The notes: generated from the sequence alone by a model not told the origin. A stretch of DNA of 24,000 nucleotides from Phycisphaerae bacterium (GCA_963666925.2 CAXXTC010000006.1:90846-114845); one strand, 5' to 3'. Positions 7,649 through 16,220 are shown, numbered from the stretch's first letter. Numbers and translations: made by a program.

Positions 7649-9817
7649 TCAGCCCGAGGTCCGGCCTCCCTCGGCGGGCGCTTTGGCACCACGTTGAGCA
7701 ATCTCATTGGCACACGCGGCCAGAAAGTCGGGCAACGTCTGGCTTCCATACTGGTTGCCCTCTCGCGTGCGCACATTAACCGTCCGGTCGGCCGCTTCCT
7801 GCTCACCAACCACCAGAATGTACGGTATCTTTATCAGCGTGGCAGCGCGAATCTTCGCACCAATCCGCTCGCCGCTGTTATCAAGCTCCACACGCAGACC
7901 AGCCGTGCGAGCCTCCCGGCACACCTGCTCCGCATAATCCGCAACCTTCTCACTAATCGAGCAAACCCGCACCTGGATCGGCGCCAGCCACAGCGGAAAC
8001 GCTCCGGCATACTGCTCGATCAGAATCCCCATGAATCGTTCCATGCTCCCGAACAGCGTCCGGTGAACCATGATCGGCCGGTGCTCTGCGTTGTCGCTGC
8101 CAACGTACGTCAGCCCGAACCGCTCCGGCAAATTGTAATCCACCTGCACCGTCCCAAGCTGCCACTCGCGACCCAGGCAGTCCTTAACCACGAAGTCAAT
8201 CTTCGGACCATAAAACGCCGCTTCGCCCGGCTCCTCAACGTACGGCATACCCGCCTGACGCACCGCGTCACGCAACGCCTGCTCCGACCTCTCCCAGTTC
8301 TCCATCGACCCGATGTACTTGTCGCTATCATCACGCAGCGACACACGCACCCGGTAATCTTCCAGGCCAATCACACGCAGCGCCAGTTCCGCCAGGTCCG
8401 CACAACCCAGAATCTCCTTCTGAAGCTGGTCCGGCGTACAGAATATGTGCGCATCGTCCTGAACAAAGCTGCGCACCCGCGTCAGACCGCTGACCTCGCC
8501 CGACTGCTCCCAGCGATAAACCTGGCCAAACTCCGCCAGACGCACCGGCAAATCGCGATAGCTCCGCGGCTCCGACTTGTAAATGCAAATATGGTGCGGG
8601 CAGTTCATCGGCTTCAACAGATAGCCGTCCTCAACCGTCAACCACTGCCGCACCCGCTTCAAACGCTCATCCATCGGCGCCGTCGCCGGATAACCATCAC
8701 GCTTCAGGTCAGCATGCTCCGCCGCCAGTTCCGCAAACAGACCCAACTCCGCATCACTGGCCCGCTCGCTCGGGTTGTCCCGCGCCAGTTCCCACAGCAA
8801 ATTCAGCCGCCGGCCCCGCTCCGACTCGTACAGCGGCGGATACTGGCTCTCCTTGTAATACGGAAAATGACCGCTCGTGCGATACAGATCCAGCTTCCCG
8901 ATCTGCGGCGAATACACCGGCTGGTAACCCGCCTTCAGCAGCTCGTTCAGCATGAAATCTTCGAGAATCCGCCGCACGATCGCCCCCCGCGGCTTCCACA
9001 ACACCAGACCCGACCCCACCAGCGGATCAATCACAAACAAACCCAGATCCTGACCGATCCGCCGATGATCACGCTTCCGCGCTTCCTCCAGCATCTGGAG
9101 ATACTGATTCAGCGCCTTCTTGTCCGGCCAGGTCGTCCCATAAACCCGCTGAAGCATCTGCTTCGTCGCGTCCCCGTGCCAGTACGCCCCCGAAACCTGC
9201 ATCATCTTGAACGCGCCCACCTTGCCCGTGCTCGGCACGTGCGGCCCACGGCACAAATCCTCAAAGTGCCCCGCGTCCAACTCGCCGGTAACGTAAAAGC
9301 TCAGCGTATCGCCGTCCGCCCGCTCAGCGTTGTCGACCTTGTACTCGTTCCCCTCATCGTGCAGCCGGCGCAGACCTTCCTCACGCGGCAACTCGTACCG
9401 CACGAACGGCCGATCCTCCTTCACAATCTGCTTCATCCGCTGCTCGATCGCCTGGAAATCCTCCGGCGTAAGCTGATGATCCAGATCAATGTCGTAGTAG
9501 AAGCCGTTTTCCACCGGCGGCCCATAGACCAGCTTCGTCTGCGGCCACAGCGAACAAACCGCCTCCGCCATCACGTGCGCACAACTATGCCGGGCCACTT
9601 CCAGCCCATCGTCGTCGCTCAGTGTCAGCACCTGAAGATCAATCGCGTCACCGTTCGGCGACTGGAGCTGCGTACCCAGCTCAACCACGGCTCCATTGAC
9701 CTTGGCAGCCACCGCCACCCGCGCCAAGCGGGGCGAAAGGGCAGCCGCCACATCCAGGGCGGTTACACCATCGGGGTGTTCGACGACATTGCCGTCGGGC
9801 AAACGGACCTTCAACAT
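7649..9817 (-). CDS. thrS: Threonine--tRNA ligase
   Basis: It has an N-terminal TGS domain (MLKVRLPDGNVVEHPDGVTALDVA), the editing-domain motif HSCAHVMA, class II core motifs (LKPMNCPHH, FRWEQSGEVSGLTRVRSFVQDDAHIF, HRTLFGSMERFMGILIE) and a C-terminal anticodon-binding domain. An SD-like GAGGA lies 10 nt before the ATG. Confidence 0.95.
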   Translation of the reverse strand: MLKVRLPDGNVVEHPDGVTALDVAAALSPRLARVAVAAKVNGAVVELGTQLQSPNGDAIDLQVLTLSDDDGLEVARHSCAHVMAEAVCSLWPQTKLVYGPPVENGFYYDIDLDHQLTPEDFQAIEQRMKQIVKEDRPFVRYELPREEGLRRLHDEGNEYKVDNAERADGDTLSFYVTGELDAGHFEDLCRGPHVPSTGKVGAFKMMQVSGAYWHGDATKQMLQRVYGTTWPDKKALNQYLQMLEEARKRDHRRIGQDLGLFVIDPLVGSGLVLWKPRGAIVRRILEDFMLNELLKAGYQPVYSPQIGKLDLYRTSGHFPYYKESQYPPLYESERGRRLNLLWELARDNPSERASDAELGLFAELAAEHADLKRDGYPATAPMDERLKRVRQWLTVEDGYLLKPMNCPHHICIYKSEPRSYRDLPVRLAEFGQVYRWEQSGEVSGLTRVRSFVQDDAHIFCTPDQLQKEILGCADLAELALRVIGLEDYRVRVSLRDDSDKYIGSMENWERSEQALRDAVRQAGMPYVEEPGEAAFYGPKIDFVVKDCLGREWQLGTVQVDYNLPERFGLTYVGSDNAEHRPIMVHRTLFGSMERFMGILIEQYAGAFPLWLAPIQVRVCSISEKVADYAEQVCREARTAGLRVELDNSGERIGAKIRAATLIKIPYILVVGEQEAADRTVNVRTREGNQYGSQTLPDFLAACANEIAQRGAKAPAEGGRTSG

Positions 9818-10046
9818 CGTGAAGCGTTCCTCATGGATGGGGTGTGATCAGGGGGGCGGGGGGGCGAGCTACCTTGGGGCGTTGTCCGCGGACTCGTGCA
9901 AACAACCTGACCAGGTCGCCGGTCCCTCCACCGGCATTGCTGTTCACACGCATGTCAGCCACATTTCGTACCCAGGCAGACTCATCATCTTCTCTGTGCC
10001 ACTCAGAGCACGTGCCAGGGGCTGTCCCGGACACCTCCAATAATTC

Positions 10047-10074
10047 ACTTTATCGGCGCAGGTGGCCTTGTCAA
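10047..10074 (-). promoter_or_regulatory. Candidate sigma70-type promoter for thrS
   Basis: The minus strand reads TTGACA-aggccacctgcgccga(16 nt)-TAAAGT. This sits in a locally AT-richer patch about 105 nt downstream of the preceding gene stop and about 230 nt upstream of the thrS ATG. It is motif-only evidence. Confidence 0.4.
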
Positions 10075-10178
10075 CAGAAACTCCGACCCACGCCCCGGTT
10101 ATAAACACCGCCCTGGCCGCAATACTGCCCACATTTGCGCCGCCAGCACTGCATGAGCCCCCCGCTAACCGCTCCCAC

Positions 10179-10826
10179 TCAGCTCACCTCGTGCCGCGGC
10201 CCAACCTGCGGACCCGTTCTCAAATCCCCCTGCTGAGCCGTCGCCTGAATCGACCAGCACATCACCACCAGCATCCCCATCAACACCGGGATCACTAACG
10301 ACCAACTCGACGCCCAGACCCGAAAAGTCGACCCCAGTGACGGAATCAGCGCCGCCGTCAGCGACACAAACCCCACCACCAGCAACACCGCACCAACCAG
10401 CGTCGTCAGCACCACTCCCATGCTCCGCGGGCACAACGCCGCCTGCCCCAACCCCGCCAGCAACCCCACACCCAGCGCCACAAACACGCCAAGCTCCGGC
10501 AGGTGCAATTGCAACCCCAGATACCCCGCCAACCCCGAAAACAACATCCCACCCGCGAGAATCAAAGCCGCACGCCCCGATACAACCGCAATAAACCCCA
10601 GCAACGCCCCACCGCCCAACGCCGACAGCAGGACCGGATAACCAAAATGCTTCGCCACCAGCCACCCCAGCAGGCAACCCACACCCACATTCACCGCTCC
10701 CAGCAACACCCGCTGCAAGCGATACCCCATGAACCCGCTGACCAATCCGCCGCCAAACAACGCCAGACCGGCCGCCGCCGGCTGCATCGCCGCCCAGTCA
10801 AATACCATCCGCTGAACATCCACCAC
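10179..10826 (-). CDS. Gly-rich polytopic membrane protein of unknown function (paralog of 11020..11838; possibly DUF4203/TM7S3-like, unverified)
   Basis: About 6 hydrophobic Gly/Ala/Leu-rich helices. The GTG start at 10826 is preceded by GGAGG with a 7-nt spacer. It shares a collinear motif with the upstream gene: GG(L).....F.G.RL..V..GA...VGC..GWL.....G.P. Confidence 0.7.
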   Translation of the reverse strand: MVDVQRMVFDWAAMQPAAAGLALFGGGLVSGFMGYRLQRVLLGAVNVGVGCLLGWLVAKHFGYPVLLSALGGGALLGFIAVVSGRAALILAGGMLFSGLAGYLGLQLHLPELGVFVALGVGLLAGLGQAALCPRSMGVVLTTLVGAVLLVVGFVSLTAALIPSLGSTFRVWASSWSLVIPVLMGMLVVMCWSIQATAQQGDLRTGPQVGPRHEVS

Positions 10827-11019
10827 GGCAACGCCTCCGGAAGCGGGGGGGATTCAGTCCCTCCAGACAGACAACAGCCCGGTGCGGCCGCCCCGCCGCG
10901 ACCTCACCACCCATATCGTTATTCATCGGCGCAATCACCCCCCAACCACCGCCCCGTACCACCAAAACACCCCCACACAGACCACTCCCCCGCAATTCCG
11001 GGATCAACCAAGCAACCGA

Positions 11020-11838
11020 TCAGGCCGCCGCCGGCTCACCCTCATCAGCAGCGCTCTTTTTCGGACGTTTCCGCAACATATCCGCCAGATTCCACGCCAG
11101 CGAGATCCCCCACAATCCTGCCACAATGATCAGCCCCCACGATCCCACCGCCGCCAGCGTCGCCGGCCACAACGCCTGAAGCAACGCCATCACCGCAACA
11201 ATGAAACACCCCGTACCAACAGTCGCCGCCCAAAAAGACCGCGCCGCTCGCGGCAACAACAGACCGAACAACAATCCAGCCAACCCAACCGCCCCCACAA
11301 TCGCCACCACGCTCGACTGAAAAGAGGGCACCCGCTCGCCCAGGTACGCCCACAAATCCCCCAACTCCGCCTGCCACGCCTGTCCATCCACCGGAACCGC
11401 TTCCGCGGGCTGCAACGTCACCAGCGCCTGATCTTCCGCCGTTTGCAGTCCCTGCGACAAATACTCATTCAACGGCTCAGCCACGCGCGGGGCATACAAC
11501 GCCAGCCCACCCGCCACCAGCATCGTCGCCACCTGCACCGCCAGCCACACCCGAAACAGCAACAAACCCAGCAACAGACCGACCACGCTGCCAGCCCCCA
11601 CCGCCGGCCACAGCGGCCACCCCGCCGCCTGGCTCGCCAGCCATCCACCGCCGCAACCCACCGCCGTCAACGCTCCCGCCACCACCACCGGTGCCAACCG
11701 AGCGCCGCGGAACATCAACAACAGCCCGCCCGCCGCCGAAATGCACAACAGGGCGATCGGAATCCAAGCGGCATTCTCCGGCAGGTGCTGCGACAGCGCC
11801 TCCAACAGTCGCGCTGGCATCTCATCAGTCGGCATCAT
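11020..11838 (-). CDS. Gly-rich polytopic membrane protein of unknown function with a central soluble loop and a basic C-terminal tail
   Basis: ATG ATG at 11838/11835 follows GAGGAGG. TM helices flank a loop of about 60 aa (PRVAEPLNEYLSQGLQTAEDQALVTLQPAEAVPVDGQAWQAELGDLWAYLGERVPSF). The C-terminus is LRKRPKKSAADEGEPAAA. It starts 42 nt after the ftsQ-like stop. Confidence 0.7.
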   Translation of the reverse strand: MMPTDEMPARLLEALSQHLPENAAWIPIALLCISAAGGLLLMFRGARLAPVVVAGALTAVGCGGGWLASQAAGWPLWPAVGAGSVVGLLLGLLLFRVWLAVQVATMLVAGGLALYAPRVAEPLNEYLSQGLQTAEDQALVTLQPAEAVPVDGQAWQAELGDLWAYLGERVPSFQSSVVAIVGAVGLAGLLFGLLLPRAARSFWAATVGTGCFIVAVMALLQALWPATLAAVGSWGLIIVAGLWGISLAWNLADMLRKRPKKSAADEGEPAAA

Positions 11839-11880
11839 CGGCCTCCTCTATATCTGCATACACCGCTGGACCGACCAGGT

Positions 11881-12813
11881 TCACCTACCCGCCGGCCGCT
11901 CCGCCGCCACCCGGTCCTCACGCCGAACTTCCAGGATTCGCTCCGGCAACTGCCCTCGATCAACATACAACGCCGTCAGCAATTCCAGCTTCCGCTGCGC
12001 CGTCGGCTCCACCGGCGGCCCTTCGCCCGGCGGCTCACCCCACCGCACATAACAACCCGGGTGAATCGTCCGAATCCGCAGCCGACCGTCCAGCGGCCGC
12101 TCCTTCAAATCATAATTCGCCACATCAATCGCCCGCAGCGAGCTGCGAAAAGGCAACTGCCCACCCCGCCGAGCGTCGTCCAGGAATCTCGCCAACGCCA
12201 GCCCACCCGCCATATCCTCCCCCGGCCACGGCTGCCCCAGCTCGGGTATATCCCCCCGCACGCCAGTGATGATGAACCACTCGTCCTCCGGAAACGTCGC
12301 CAGCGGCCCCTCGTTCGGCAGCCGTACCCCCGCCTTATCCACCAGGTACGTCCACCCGTTGATGGCGACGTACGCAAACGGCTCGCGAAACTCCGCCGCC
12401 ACGCGCACCGCCCCATCCGCCCCCTTGACCACCTGGTGCACCTCCGCCACCCACGGCGAAGCCGACAGCGCCAGCCCCACCCGCTCCGTCAGCTCCGGAT
12501 CGGCCACCGGGTCGTCGCTGTACAAGTCCGCGTCCGATTCAATCTCCACCAGTACATCACCATACGCCGGGCTCGACAGCCACGTCGGCAACTGCTCCCA
12601 CACCAGGTGCGTCGGCCCCTCCTGCGGCTGCGCCTGCACGTAGTCGCGCAACGCATCCAGCCCCCACACCAGCAGCAACACCGTCGCCGCCCACCCGCAC
12701 AACACCCACATCCGCCACCACGCCGCCGGCGAAAGCCGCCACGAGCCGGTCGACTTCTTCTTACCCCGCGCCGGGGCACGCACCGGGCGGCGTTTGGCCG
12801 CAGCTCTGCTCAT
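11881..12813 (-). CDS. ftsQ: FtsQ/DivIB-like cell-division protein (basic N-terminus, one TM helix, POTRA-like domain)
   Basis: Its position immediately after ddl, with an ATGA start/stop overlap, matches the canonical dcw order. The N-terminus is KRRPVRAPARGKKK followed by the TM helix WWRMWVLCGWAATVLLLVW. A POTRA-like stretch is WVAEVHQVVKGADGAVRVAAEFREPFAYVAINGWTYLVDKAGVRL. The family assignment rests on context plus this pattern, not on a search. Confidence 0.6.
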   Translation of the reverse strand: MSRAAAKRRPVRAPARGKKKSTGSWRLSPAAWWRMWVLCGWAATVLLLVWGLDALRDYVQAQPQEGPTHLVWEQLPTWLSSPAYGDVLVEIESDADLYSDDPVADPELTERVGLALSASPWVAEVHQVVKGADGAVRVAAEFREPFAYVAINGWTYLVDKAGVRLPNEGPLATFPEDEWFIITGVRGDIPELGQPWPGEDMAGGLALARFLDDARRGGQLPFRSSLRAIDVANYDLKERPLDGRLRIRTIHPGCYVRWGEPPGEGPPVEPTAQRKLELLTALYVDRGQLPERILEVRREDRVAAERPAGR

Positions 12814-13769
12814 TCCACATCCTCAATCGCCATCCGTACCAATCGCTCGCACAATGCCTCGAACGATATCCCGATACGGGCCGCCGCCTTCGGCACCAGC
12901 GAATGGCTGGTAAACCCCGGCAGCGTGTTCACCTCCAGAAACCAGGCCTCACCCGCCGCGTCGACAATCCAGTCGATCCGCGACAAATGCCGGCAGCCCA
13001 GCCGCGAGAATATCCGCCGGCTGTCCGCCTGCAACTGCGCAACCAGCGCCGCGGGCTGACCCGTATCAAACACGTATTCGGTCGTATCATCCTCATATTT
13101 CGCCGTAAAGTCATAGAACTCCCGCCGCGGACGCACACAAATAAGCGGCAGCGCCTCCTTCCCGATAATGCCGACGGTCAGTTCCACCCCCTTCACAAAC
13201 TGCTCCACCAGCGCCCGCCCATAGCCGTTCACCGCCGCCACCAACGCCGGCCGCAGCCCATCCGCTGACTTCACAATCTCGATCCCCACGCTGCTGCCCT
13301 GGTCCACCGGCTTGATCACCACCGGCAGCGTCAGTTCCGGCCCTTCGCGCTGCGCAAGGGCCGCCTCGTCCCACACCTCGCTCGGCGCCGTCGCGACCCC
13401 CAGCTCCTCAGCGACCGCCTTGGTCGCCGCCTTGTCCATCGCCACCGCCGACGCCCGCGAACCCGACCCGACAAACGGAATCCCCCGCTCCTCCAAAATC
13501 CGCTGCACCTGCCCATCTTCGCCAAACGTACCGTGCAACGCCGGAAAGATCACGTCCGCCGGCCTATCAAGCGCGCCCAGCTCGTTCGGCCCGATGTCGG
13601 CCAGTCTCACCTCGTGCCCGCACCGCCGCAGCGCCTCGGCCACCGACCGCCCGGATTCGAGGCTCACCGCGCGTTCCGTACTCGGACCGCCCGCCAATAC
13701 CGTAATGCGCAACTTGGAGAGCTCCCCGCCGGTATGCTCACCGGCTCCATGCTCCGGGGCCGAGGGCAT
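12810..13769 (-). CDS. ddl: D-alanine--D-alanine ligase
   Basis: LRITVLAGGPSTERAVSLESGRSVAEAL..., FPALHGTFGEDGQVQRILEERGIPFVGSGSRASAVAMDKAATK, and an ATP-grasp C-terminal part ending WFLEVNTLPGFTSHSLVPKAAARIGISF. Confidence 0.9.
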   Translation of the reverse strand: MPSAPEHGAGEHTGGELSKLRITVLAGGPSTERAVSLESGRSVAEALRRCGHEVRLADIGPNELGALDRPADVIFPALHGTFGEDGQVQRILEERGIPFVGSGSRASAVAMDKAATKAVAEELGVATAPSEVWDEAALAQREGPELTLPVVIKPVDQGSSVGIEIVKSADGLRPALVAAVNGYGRALVEQFVKGVELTVGIIGKEALPLICVRPRREFYDFTAKYEDDTTEYVFDTGQPAALVAQLQADSRRIFSRLGCRHLSRIDWIVDAAGEAWFLEVNTLPGFTSHSLVPKAAARIGISFEALCERLVRMAIEDVE

Positions 13770-13781
13770 GCGTGACTCCCT

Positions 13782-14663
13782 TCACCAGATGTCCACTTCG
13801 AGTTCGAGCTCGAAACCCATACGATTGCGAACGCGTTCCTTCGCGAGCGAAATCAATTGTATCACGTCGTCCGCCGTCGCGCCAGGGTGTGCCAAAATGA
13901 AGTTCGCGTGCCGCGAGCTGATCTCCGCTCCGCCCACACGCGTCCCTTTCAGCCCGCTCTGATCCAGCAACGCCCCCGCGGCCGCCCCCGCCGGGTTCTT
14001 GAAAATACAGCCGGCCGACCGCGCCGCCAGCGCCGGCTGATCCGCATGCTTCTCCTGCCAGATCGCTCGATATTGCTCCCGACCCACCTGCGGATCGCCC
14101 GCCTCCAGATCCAGCCACACGCCCGTCACCACCGCCCCATCCAACTCCGTGTGTCGATACGAAAACCCGAGCTGCGCCGCGTCACGCTCCTCGGCCACGC
14201 CGTCCGGCCGAACCACGCCCACCTTCCGCACCCGCGCGCCGATATATCCATACTTGCCGCCCGCGTTCATGCGCACCGCGCCGCCCACCGTGCCCGGAAT
14301 CCCCGCCAACCCCTCCAATCCCAACGCTCCGTGTTCAACCGTCTGCCGCACCAGCTTCGGAAAATCCGCACCCGCGCCCGCGTGTGCACCGGCCTCCCCA
14401 ATCACAATCCCCGTCCACTCCGCCCCCACCAGCCGAATCACCGCGCCATCAAACCCACTCTCAGGCACCAGCACGTTCGCCCCGCGCCCCAGTACGCGCC
14501 ACGGCACCTCCGCCGACCCCAGCCGCGCCAGCACCCGCCCCAGCTCGCCGGCATCGCGCGGACAGACCATCCACCGCGCCGCCCCGCCCAGCCGATACCA
14601 CGTCAACGGCGCCAGCGGAACATCAGGCTCCACGATCGGCGCGAAGTCGCTCCACCAACTCAT
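13782..14663 (-). CDS. murB: UDP-N-acetylenolpyruvoylglucosamine reductase
   Basis: From Met101 of the track ORF (ATG 14663): MSWWSDFAPIVEPDVPLAPLTWYRLGGAARWMV...WRVLGRGANVLVPESGFDGAVIRL...GIPGTVGGAVRMNAGGKYG...AGCIFKNP...GGAEISSRHANFILA. The 100 codons upstream in this frame are not MurB; see the murC finding. Confidence 0.9.
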   Translation of the reverse strand: MSWWSDFAPIVEPDVPLAPLTWYRLGGAARWMVCPRDAGELGRVLARLGSAEVPWRVLGRGANVLVPESGFDGAVIRLVGAEWTGIVIGEAGAHAGAGADFPKLVRQTVEHGALGLEGLAGIPGTVGGAVRMNAGGKYGYIGARVRKVGVVRPDGVAEERDAAQLGFSYRHTELDGAVVTGVWLDLEAGDPQVGREQYRAIWQEKHADQPALAARSAGCIFKNPAGAAAGALLDQSGLKGTRVGGAEISSRHANFILAHPGATADDVIQLISLAKERVRNRMGFELELEVDIW

Positions 14664-14860
14664 CCGCAACCTTCCAGATCGTGCCCGCACCCATCGTGAT
14701 AACCAAATCGCCCGGCCGCGCCTCACGCAACAACAGCCGACGATACTCTCAAACTGCGGCACATAGCTCGCGCTGCCACCCCGCTGGCGAATCGCCTCTA
14801 CCAGGTCGACCGCGCACACACTTTGCCGATCCCGCTCCGTGTCACGCACAAATATATGTC
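14623..14860 (-). pseudogene. murC: Displaced 3' coding segments of murC lying in two other reading frames
   Basis: My frame-by-frame translation of the minus strand gives two pieces. One frame gives FVRDTERDRQSVCAVDLVEAIRQRGGSASYVPQFESIV. A third frame gives LLLREARPGDLVITMGAGTIWKVADELVERLRADRGA*. Together they reconstitute a normal MurC C-terminus (compare the E. coli ...GNDLILVQGAGNIGKIA... pattern). Confidence 0.75.
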
Positions 14861-16072
14861 CGGCACCACCACCCGATCCGCCTGAGCAAAGCTGCGCGCA
14901 AAATCGTCCAGCAAAAAACGCGTCCGCGAATGCTGGTGCGGCTGAAAAACACACCACAAACATCCCGGCTGATAACGCCGCCGCGCCGCATCGAGCGTCA
15001 CGCGAATTTCCGTCGGATGGTGCGCATAATCATCCAGCACACGCACGCCACCAATCTCGCCGCGCAGTTGCAGCCGGCGCTCCGCCCCGCCAAACCCGCT
15101 CAGTCCCGACGCGATCGCACCCCACGGCACACCGCAATCATGCGCCAACGCCGCCACCGCCAGCGCGTTCTCCAAATTGTGCCGGCCGGGCAACCCCAGC
15201 CTCAACCGCCCCAGCCGCTCGCCGCGAAACTCGAAATCCCCCACGCACAGCCCTTCCTCAACCGCAACGTCCACCACCCGCCAGTCCGCCTCCGCCGCAC
15301 TGCCGAACGAGCACGTCCGGCACCCCACCTGCGCCGCAATCTCCCGGCACCCGGAATCATCATGGTTGTAAACCAACAGCCCGCCCACGCCGATCAGCCC
15401 CGCAAACTCCGCAAACGAACGCCGAATCGCCGCCAGGTCCGCGTAACAATCGAGATGATCCTCCTCGATGTTCAGAATCGCCGCCCGGCGCGGCGCCAAA
15501 TGATGAAATGAACGATCGTACTCGCACGCCTCGGCCACAAAGTGCGGCCCGTCGCCGACGCCGCTGCCGCCGTCCAGTTGCGGCACCCGCGCCCCGATCA
15601 CGAAGCTCGGATCCAGGCCGGCCTGTTTCAGCACATAGCTCAGCCACGCGGCCGTCGTGCTCTTGCCGTGCGTCCCGCTGACCGCGATGCCGTCGTAGCA
15701 GCGCATCAGGTGCCCGAGCAGTTGGGCGTATTTGATCACCGGCAAACCGCGCTCCCGCGCCGCCAGCAGCTCCGGATGATCCGCCGGTATCGCCGCCGAC
15801 GCCACCACCAGGTTCGTATCCGCCGGGATCGAGTCGGCCTCCTGCCGCGTCGTGACAAGCGCGCCACGCTCGGCCAGACGCACCAGCTCGATCGAAGCGG
15901 CCCGATCCGACCCGCTGATTCGGCTGCCGCGCTTCAGCAGCATCCCGGCCAGGCCCGACATGCCCGCCCCGCCGATACCTATCAGGTGAACGCAGAGTTG
16001 TTCGATCGGTTCCGTTAACACCTTCAGACTAACTGGCGCACTGGAAACGCCGGTGGAAGTGGTGGTTTTCAT
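14798..16072 (-). CDS. murC: UDP-N-acetylmuramate--L-alanine ligase, prematurely terminated in this frame
   Basis: I prefer the start at Met22 (ATG 16072). VHLIGIGGAGMSGLAGMLLKRGSRISGSD, GIAVSGTHGKSTTAAW and VFQPHQHSRTRFLLDDFA are MurC/Mur-ligase motifs. After VVVPDIY the frame degenerates (LCVTRSGIGKVCARSTW*). Confidence 0.9.
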   Translation of the reverse strand: MKTTTSTGVSSAPVSLKVLTEPIEQLCVHLIGIGGAGMSGLAGMLLKRGSRISGSDRAASIELVRLAERGALVTTRQEADSIPADTNLVVASAAIPADHPELLAARERGLPVIKYAQLLGHLMRCYDGIAVSGTHGKSTTAAWLSYVLKQAGLDPSFVIGARVPQLDGGSGVGDGPHFVAEACEYDRSFHHLAPRRAAILNIEEDHLDCYADLAAIRRSFAEFAGLIGVGGLLVYNHDDSGCREIAAQVGCRTCSFGSAAEADWRVVDVAVEEGLCVGDFEFRGERLGRLRLGLPGRHNLENALAVAALAHDCGVPWGAIASGLSGFGGAERRLQLRGEIGGVRVLDDYAHHPTEIRVTLDAARRRYQPGCLWCVFQPHQHSRTRFLLDDFARSFAQADRVVVPDIYLCVTRSGIGKVCARSTW

Positions 16073-16204
16073 CACGCGAGCTGGGTAAACAGGGTTTGAA
16101 ATAGCACCAAGCACGCCCCCCACCAGACCCCCCACAACCGCAGCCAGACCCCCTCAGACTCATGCCGACTTCTCGATATACTGCGCGCTTCGCTCGGCGG
16201 CCGG

Positions 16205-16220
16205 TTGCCATCCGTGGCAA
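16205..16220. promoter_or_regulatory. Perfect 6-4-6 palindrome TTGCCAtccgTGGCAA in the murC / O-antigen-ligase-like divergent intergenic region
   Basis: Read directly from the sequence. It lies about 70 nt upstream of the ATG at 16288 and about 135 nt upstream of the murC ATG. A TATACT hexamer is at 16177-16182. An operator role is speculative. Confidence 0.3.

Noticed and set aside
9838-9868. G4/G6/G7 runs (ggggtgtgatcaggggggcggggggg) with G-quadruplex potential, and similar G-runs on the minus strand at about 10,930-11,000
   Set aside because: Such runs are expected by chance in DNA this GC-rich. At 9838-9868 they are on the non-transcribed strand relative to thrS. The loops in the second region exceed canonical lengths. 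Nothing in the sequence alone supports a function.
9994-10019. Two TGGCAC motifs on the minus strand that resemble a sigma54 -24 element
   Set aside because: No TTGC-type -12 element occurs at the required spacing after either copy. The motifs are better explained as parts of a small hairpin or palindrome (GCACGTGC).
14664-14963. A 100-aa N-terminal extension of MurB, as drawn in the ORF track (13782..14963)
   Set aside because: The extension contains a MurC C-terminal sequence (VRDTERDRQSV.AVDLVEAIRQRGGSASYVPQFESIV), not MurB. MurB homology begins at the ATG at 14663.
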